Assembly (NCBI GenBank): GCA_037447605.1
Contig: CM074807.1
Coordinates: forward strand, 3,108,990 to 3,172,989
Length of the DNA: 64,000 nucleotides
DNA from: Zygnema circumcarinatum SAG 698-1b
Lineage: Eukaryota; Plantae; Zygnematophyceae
Direction: 5' to 3'
Shown: piece after piece, positions 59,773 to 64,000 of the stretch
Layout: each line of letters opens with the position of its first letter
Numbering within the stretch: the stretch's first letter is position 1
Position numbers and translations under genes: made by a program
The notes under the pieces: model-generated
Told to the model about the DNA's origin: nothing
Databases searched by the model: none
Seen by the model: the letters and a program-made list of their open reading frames with translations, nothing else

Positions 59773-62645
59773 TCATGAACTTGGTCCAGGCTTTTGCACA
59801 GCTACCCACACTTGCTTCTGCAATAGAATAAACGAGCAGAGCATTAAGCCATTGCTGGAGTACAAAACACATGCAAGGTGGGAGCAGGCATGGAATCAAC
59901 AAGGAACCTCCAAGTTCAATACTCATGATTCTTCCCATATTCCCCCGAGCCACCAATAAGGCCCGTTGAAACCTCATAGTACATTAAGCCATGGCTGCGG
60001 AAAAGACGAGACAGTGACTCACTCGTGCCGTGATTTCTCAACAGGAGGCTGAAACTAGTGAGAGGGGCTGCAAGCATATCGACAGAATAGACTTCAGAGA
60101 GCCCTTCACTCGTGCAAATACTGAACCTTCCATCTCTCACCTCTCCTGCATGTGATGGCAGCCCCGGCCCCCTCCTCCCTATCCGTTCGTTTCCTGCCCC
60201 TCCCTCATTGCTGGAGTGCCCACCTCGTCGACTGGCCCTTTGCATCCCTGCTTCAATCACAATCAACATTTTCATTACTCATCGATCGTCACTACTTTGA
60301 AACAAAGTTACATGTGTCAGCCATATTACAGAATGGCTCCGACAAAAAAACCTCCATAAGGTAAACAACCACCAAAGGCAAGGCTCAGACTACATCTCAG
60401 ACGAAGAAAAACCCTGCCCATAAATGTGTAAGAATGCTTGACTTCTGACATGCAAAACGAACATAGACTGTGTCACAGAGTTTGACAAACCCTGACTTCA
60501 TATGGACTGAAGTCGAGACGTGAAACTCACTGCGATCTTTGTCCAACATTGGACTGCCTCCTCCATTTTGCACATCTCCAGCATGTGGGCTTGGGCTACC
60601 AGCTCCCGATGCATTCGAATGCACCCCATTAAGAGCACCTCCTCCTCCCTGGAGAAGACTCGCAGTGTCCCCTTCACTGGAGGTGTTTTTCCAATTCGCA
60701 CCTGAAGCAGTTGTGCGACCCCCACCTCCCCTGAACCCTCCCCGGCCACCTCTCCCAGGTCCATACCTTGGAGAATTGAACGACCCCTGGGAATCACCCC
60801 CTGCACTTCCTACACCTCCATCGACAAGTCCTGCCCCCATTTTGTCATTTCCCGGCAAAAGAGGTAAACCTTGGCTTGTGGGTGTTTGCGGATTCGCAGT
60901 TGAAGCTACCACAGGAGCAGAACTGCCCAAAATCCCGCCTGCATCTGATTTAACCCCCTGCTGAATATTTGTCTCGTTCAACCCCTGAGCTGCACTCCCC
61001 GCAAACTCTCCCCTGCCTCCTCTGCTGATAAGCTGTCCTCTACCTGTACTCCGCTGCTGCTGAGGCCCTCCCCTGCCTTGCCTTACTGTTACGCTTGTGC
61101 CTCCACTTGTGCTTGAATTCCTATCAACAATCGTTGCAGGAGCAGAGAGCAATCCTGCAGTTGGTGCTGCACGAATTTGATTCTGTGGTGGTTTGACTGC
61201 AGCAGCACTGCCACTCCCAACAGTTTCTCCTCCGGGAGCAGGAATGACACCTTGTCCAAAACTTCCACCCCCCCCAGAACCATTGGCAGCAACATCTTGC
61301 ACACCGTCTGCTCGTCGACGTGGAGTCCACACTGGACGATCTGGTCTGTCCTTATTTCGCAAACGTCGAGCATCAGCCGAAGATTGCAGAAGACCTGACT
61401 GAGATGGAGGCTGCAAATTTACATTGCTCTCTCCATCAGTGTAACCAGGACTGCTTGTCTCTTCAGCAGCTGCTGCTGCTGCTGCTGTCAGCCCCTCAGT
61501 CATGCTCCCTTTTTGATCGGCTGCAGGTCGAGAAAGAAGCTTCACCATGGATGCCGAATTTGCACCCCCTGATGATGAGGTCTCCCGCGGGAGATGTTGC
61601 ATGGCCCCCTGTTGTTGCTGCCTTATGGGCTGCGTCTGTCTGCTAGAAGGAGGTCTGGAGATGCTCGGACCTTCCCTCCGCTGGTTGACAGGAGATGACA
61701 CCAATGGTTTGGAGAGGATAGTGTTGCCTTTTACTGGTATTCCTGAAGGCTCCAATTCTTCTCCTGTTGTATTTGGTGTCATTTCTTCATCTACAGGGGG
61801 AGCCGAGGGATCGTAGGCCTGCTCCTGCCATGGCCGAGCACCCCATGTCAAAAAGTTGCAGACGATAAGGCAGCTATATTGCTAGCCTGCTTGGAGTTAC
61901 TTGATCAAGTTGCAATGAACAAGACACCATTGCATTGAGCTGAAAGATGAATCCTAGATTACCTTCATCCTCCCAGTTCCTTGTTGTCGCGGTTTCCGAG
62001 TTGGACCCTCCCACCTCCCCCCCCCCCTTCCTGCCCCAACACCTGCCGTACTTTCCTCCAAACCTCCGCCTGCCCCTTCATGATTGGTTTCCCCATGTCC
62101 TGCCATTCCAACCCAATCGACACTGCCCCAATTCAGTGTTCGTCTTAACCCATGCGTGCATCTACCTCCCCTAACAACAGAACAATACCATCATCAGGGT
62201 GACTGTGAAACCTACCTTTCCTATGGGTCGCTGAATCATGACGGGGTGAGCTTGCAGGGGATGACGTTAAGAGTCCCGTTGCATGCCCACCAGCTATTGA
62301 ACCTCCTGCAAGAGCAGCTGCTGCAGCAGCCCTTGCTGCTGCTGCTGGCCCAGATATGGCAGCAGCAGCTGCTCCAATTGGACCCCCAATTGGAACATTC
62401 CCTCCCCCCCCTTGCCCAGAAACCGCAGCAGTAGATGTCTGCCGACTGCTGCTGCTGCCTCCATCTCTGGGAGGTCGGCCTGGTCCAATGGCCGCCACCA
62501 TAGCCTCCCTTACAAGCTTCTTCTCACGAGTTTCGTTGGCAGAATCTTTCCTTCTCCTGTCAGCCGCCATGTCGCGGTCTCGAACTGCCTCTTCCCTGCC
62601 AGTAGACGGCGAGGGGCGGTTTGGAGAGGTTGGGTTTTCGCGAGA
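59773..62645 (-). CDS. UPF3: 3' half of nonsense-mediated decay factor UPF3 (plant type); N-terminal RRM exons are not in the window
   Basis: RNKDRPDRPVWTPRRRADG matches the plant UPF3 motif. Exon 60247-60141 and last exon 59817-59773 (GE|KQVWVAVQKPGPSS*) match the plant UPF3 C-terminus (EKQxWxQKxSS). The upstream exon begins at an acceptor at 62645. Confidence 0.8.
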
Positions 62646-62716
62646 CTGCAATAGCAGCAGACAACACCCACAAGCTGACAGTCAATAGGACTCAAAATGA
62701 TCATATATACTTGGGT

Positions 62717-62935
62717 CTTATATACAGAACGCGAACGACCAGTAAGAGTGCATCGATTTCTTATTCGTGTTTTTGAACTATTTCTGGGTAATTGAGACAA
62801 TTTCACACGATATTCATAGCGTACTGTATTGGGAAGATTTCGATCCTCACAAATAGCTTTATACTGTGTACGTTGAAGCTCGTATTTTGCCATAAGTAAT
62901 CGACGCATATGGTCTCTTAGAACTAAATTAGACAT
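62717..62935 (-). pseudogene. rps14: Mitochondrial rps14, 3'-truncated after ~73 codons (...GRSRSVYK)
   Basis: MSNLVLRDHMRRLL..KYEL...LPRNSSKTRIRNRC matches streptophyte mitochondrial Rps14. The normal C-terminus (xFRxSRIVFRELA...SW) is replaced by unrelated intron sequence. Confidence 0.9.
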
Positions 62936-63485
62936 ATTGTTTGACTTCCTTTTGATATAAACCTGTCCACAATAGACGAGTCTCCTGTTCAGTTTGAGCA
63001 GAAGTGACCAAAATTATTTGAACACTTTGAGCGTTTTCAAATAACTCAAAGTGATTCTGTATTTCCGGGAAAAGGCGTAACAAAATTGGCTTGATTGTGA
63101 GTTGAATGGCATTGGCCTGAATTTGTATAGCAAAATCATGAAAACATAAAAGTGTTACAAGTTTGTCAATCAAATTGTACATACTTTCTGCTCTTAAACA
63201 AGTGCGAACTAAGTAAGTTGGCTGTTTTGTCTTCGCGCGAAGCGAAACCCATTTATTTACTCGTGACGAACGTAACTGTGAAAATTCAGTTTTCACTATT
63301 TTTTGACCACAAACAATTTCAAAAGCTAAAGTAACCTGTTTTACAGACTCAGAGGATACTTGTGCCACTATTAGCATTTTGCTTAGTTGCGGAATTTGGA
63401 AAATATTAGCATAATTGTATTTACATAACAAATCTTGACGTAATACGTGTTCGTAATGAAAACGAAGTCTATTTAAACTTAACAT
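62928..63485 (-). CDS. rpl5: Mitochondrial ribosomal protein L5 (organelle-derived, intact 185-codon ORF)
   Basis: FHYEHVLRQDLL..NYANI, CGQK, LRAESMYN, FPEIQNHFELFE, VTSAQTEQETRLLWTGLYQKE. AT-rich and intronless, directly upstream of rps14 as in the mitochondrial spc operon. Confidence 0.92.
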   Translation of the reverse strand: MLSLNRLRFHYEHVLRQDLLCKYNYANIFQIPQLSKMLIVAQVSSESVKQVTLAFEIVCGQKIVKTEFSQLRSSRVNKWVSLRAKTKQPTYLVRTCLRAESMYNLIDKLVTLLCFHDFAIQIQANAIQLTIKPILLRLFPEIQNHFELFENAQSVQIILVTSAQTEQETRLLWTGLYQKEVKQYV

Positions 63486-63661
63486 AGATTGAGTGTTTGT
63501 ATTCAATGCTTCTTACTTTCACCTGTAGCACGAAAAGTGCTGACGCTTAGTGACTAAGATCCACGAGTTTGGTTGATTTAGTAAAACGGTACTCTTTTCA
63601 AACAAGTTGAAGTTAACCTAATGGAGCCGGTTGCTTCCTTACGACCTAGGTCGCTAGTGGC

Positions 63662-63989
63662 TTTGTCACGAGTGACAAAAGAACCTGGCGACTGACTGGG
63701 TCACCAAAGCAAACACATGAGCGTGACCAAAAAGAAATCACATACGACTAATGGGACGTAGGCAGGCGACCAATTGGAGCGCAGTGACACAACCGAACGA
63801 ACGGTGACAAAGTCACAGCCGACTGATAGGATGACCAAAGGGTGACGAAGTCACAGGCGACCGAAGGGTGACGAAGTCACAGGCGACCGTAGGGTAAAAC
63901 CGAGCGAGCTTGCTCGCGAGTCGAGCGCAGTAAAACCGAGCGAGCGCAGCGAGCAAGTCGAGCGCAGTGAAAGCGAGCGAACAGGCGAC
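63662..63989. repeat. Short GC-rich hairpin and tandem repeats (TTTGTCAC-GA-GTGACAAA; 26-nt unit GGGTGACGAAGTCACAGGCGACCGWA x2; GTAAAACCGAGCGAGC x2)
   Basis: Seen directly at 63662-63679, 63803-63816, 63840-63891, 63894 and 63930. Confidence 0.85.
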
Positions 63990-63999
63990 NNNNNNNNNN
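63990..63999. other. Assembly gap (N run)
   Basis: Ten Ns at the end of the window. Confidence 0.99.
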
Positions 64000-64000
64000 C

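Larger units (their letters stand above)
62717..63989. other. Mitochondrion-derived segment (NUMT or mis-joined mtDNA) running to the assembly gap
   Basis: rpl5-rps14 operon fragment, abrupt shift to AT-rich sequence, and spacer with organelle-style short hairpin repeats. Confidence 0.8.

Noticed and set aside
62928-63506. rpl5 as a functionally transferred nuclear gene
   Set aside because: No targeting presequence, no introns, organellar base composition, and it retains its operon neighbour and spacer.

Overview
Gene-dense eukaryotic nuclear DNA with GT-AG introns. It is most likely from a streptophyte green alga: it carries a plant-type UPF3 C-terminus, a TAP/ABCB26-like transporter with a transit-peptide-like N-terminus, a plant-type PTP1, G-box/site-II/telo-box promoter motifs, and a streptophyte-type mitochondrial rpl5-rps14 segment. 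The species cannot be determined from this window. Gene order: orphan ORF(+) 3' part, PTP1(-), intronless 747-aa TraB-like gene(+), palindromic minisatellite, a ~27-kb dynein heavy chain gene(+, 14933-42098), Asterix/WDR83OS(-), DTW-domain protein(+), ABCB26-like half transporter(-), prolyl-4-hydroxylase-like oxygenase(+), 3' half of UPF3(-), and mitochondrial DNA (rpl5, truncated rps14, hairpin repeats) running into an N-gap. The main result is that the dynein looks like a complete, apparently intact CYTOPLASMIC DYNEIN-1 heavy chain (not axonemal, not IFT dynein-2), a motor generally described as lost from green plants. Its AAA1 site is fully catalytic, but the regulatory AAA3 site has lost its Walker B acids, sensor-I Asn and arginine finger together. 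Family comparisons use reference sequences recalled from memory; no database search or alignment was run. Exon boundaries in the dynein tail region (15.6-24.4 kb) and in part of UPF3 are approximate.
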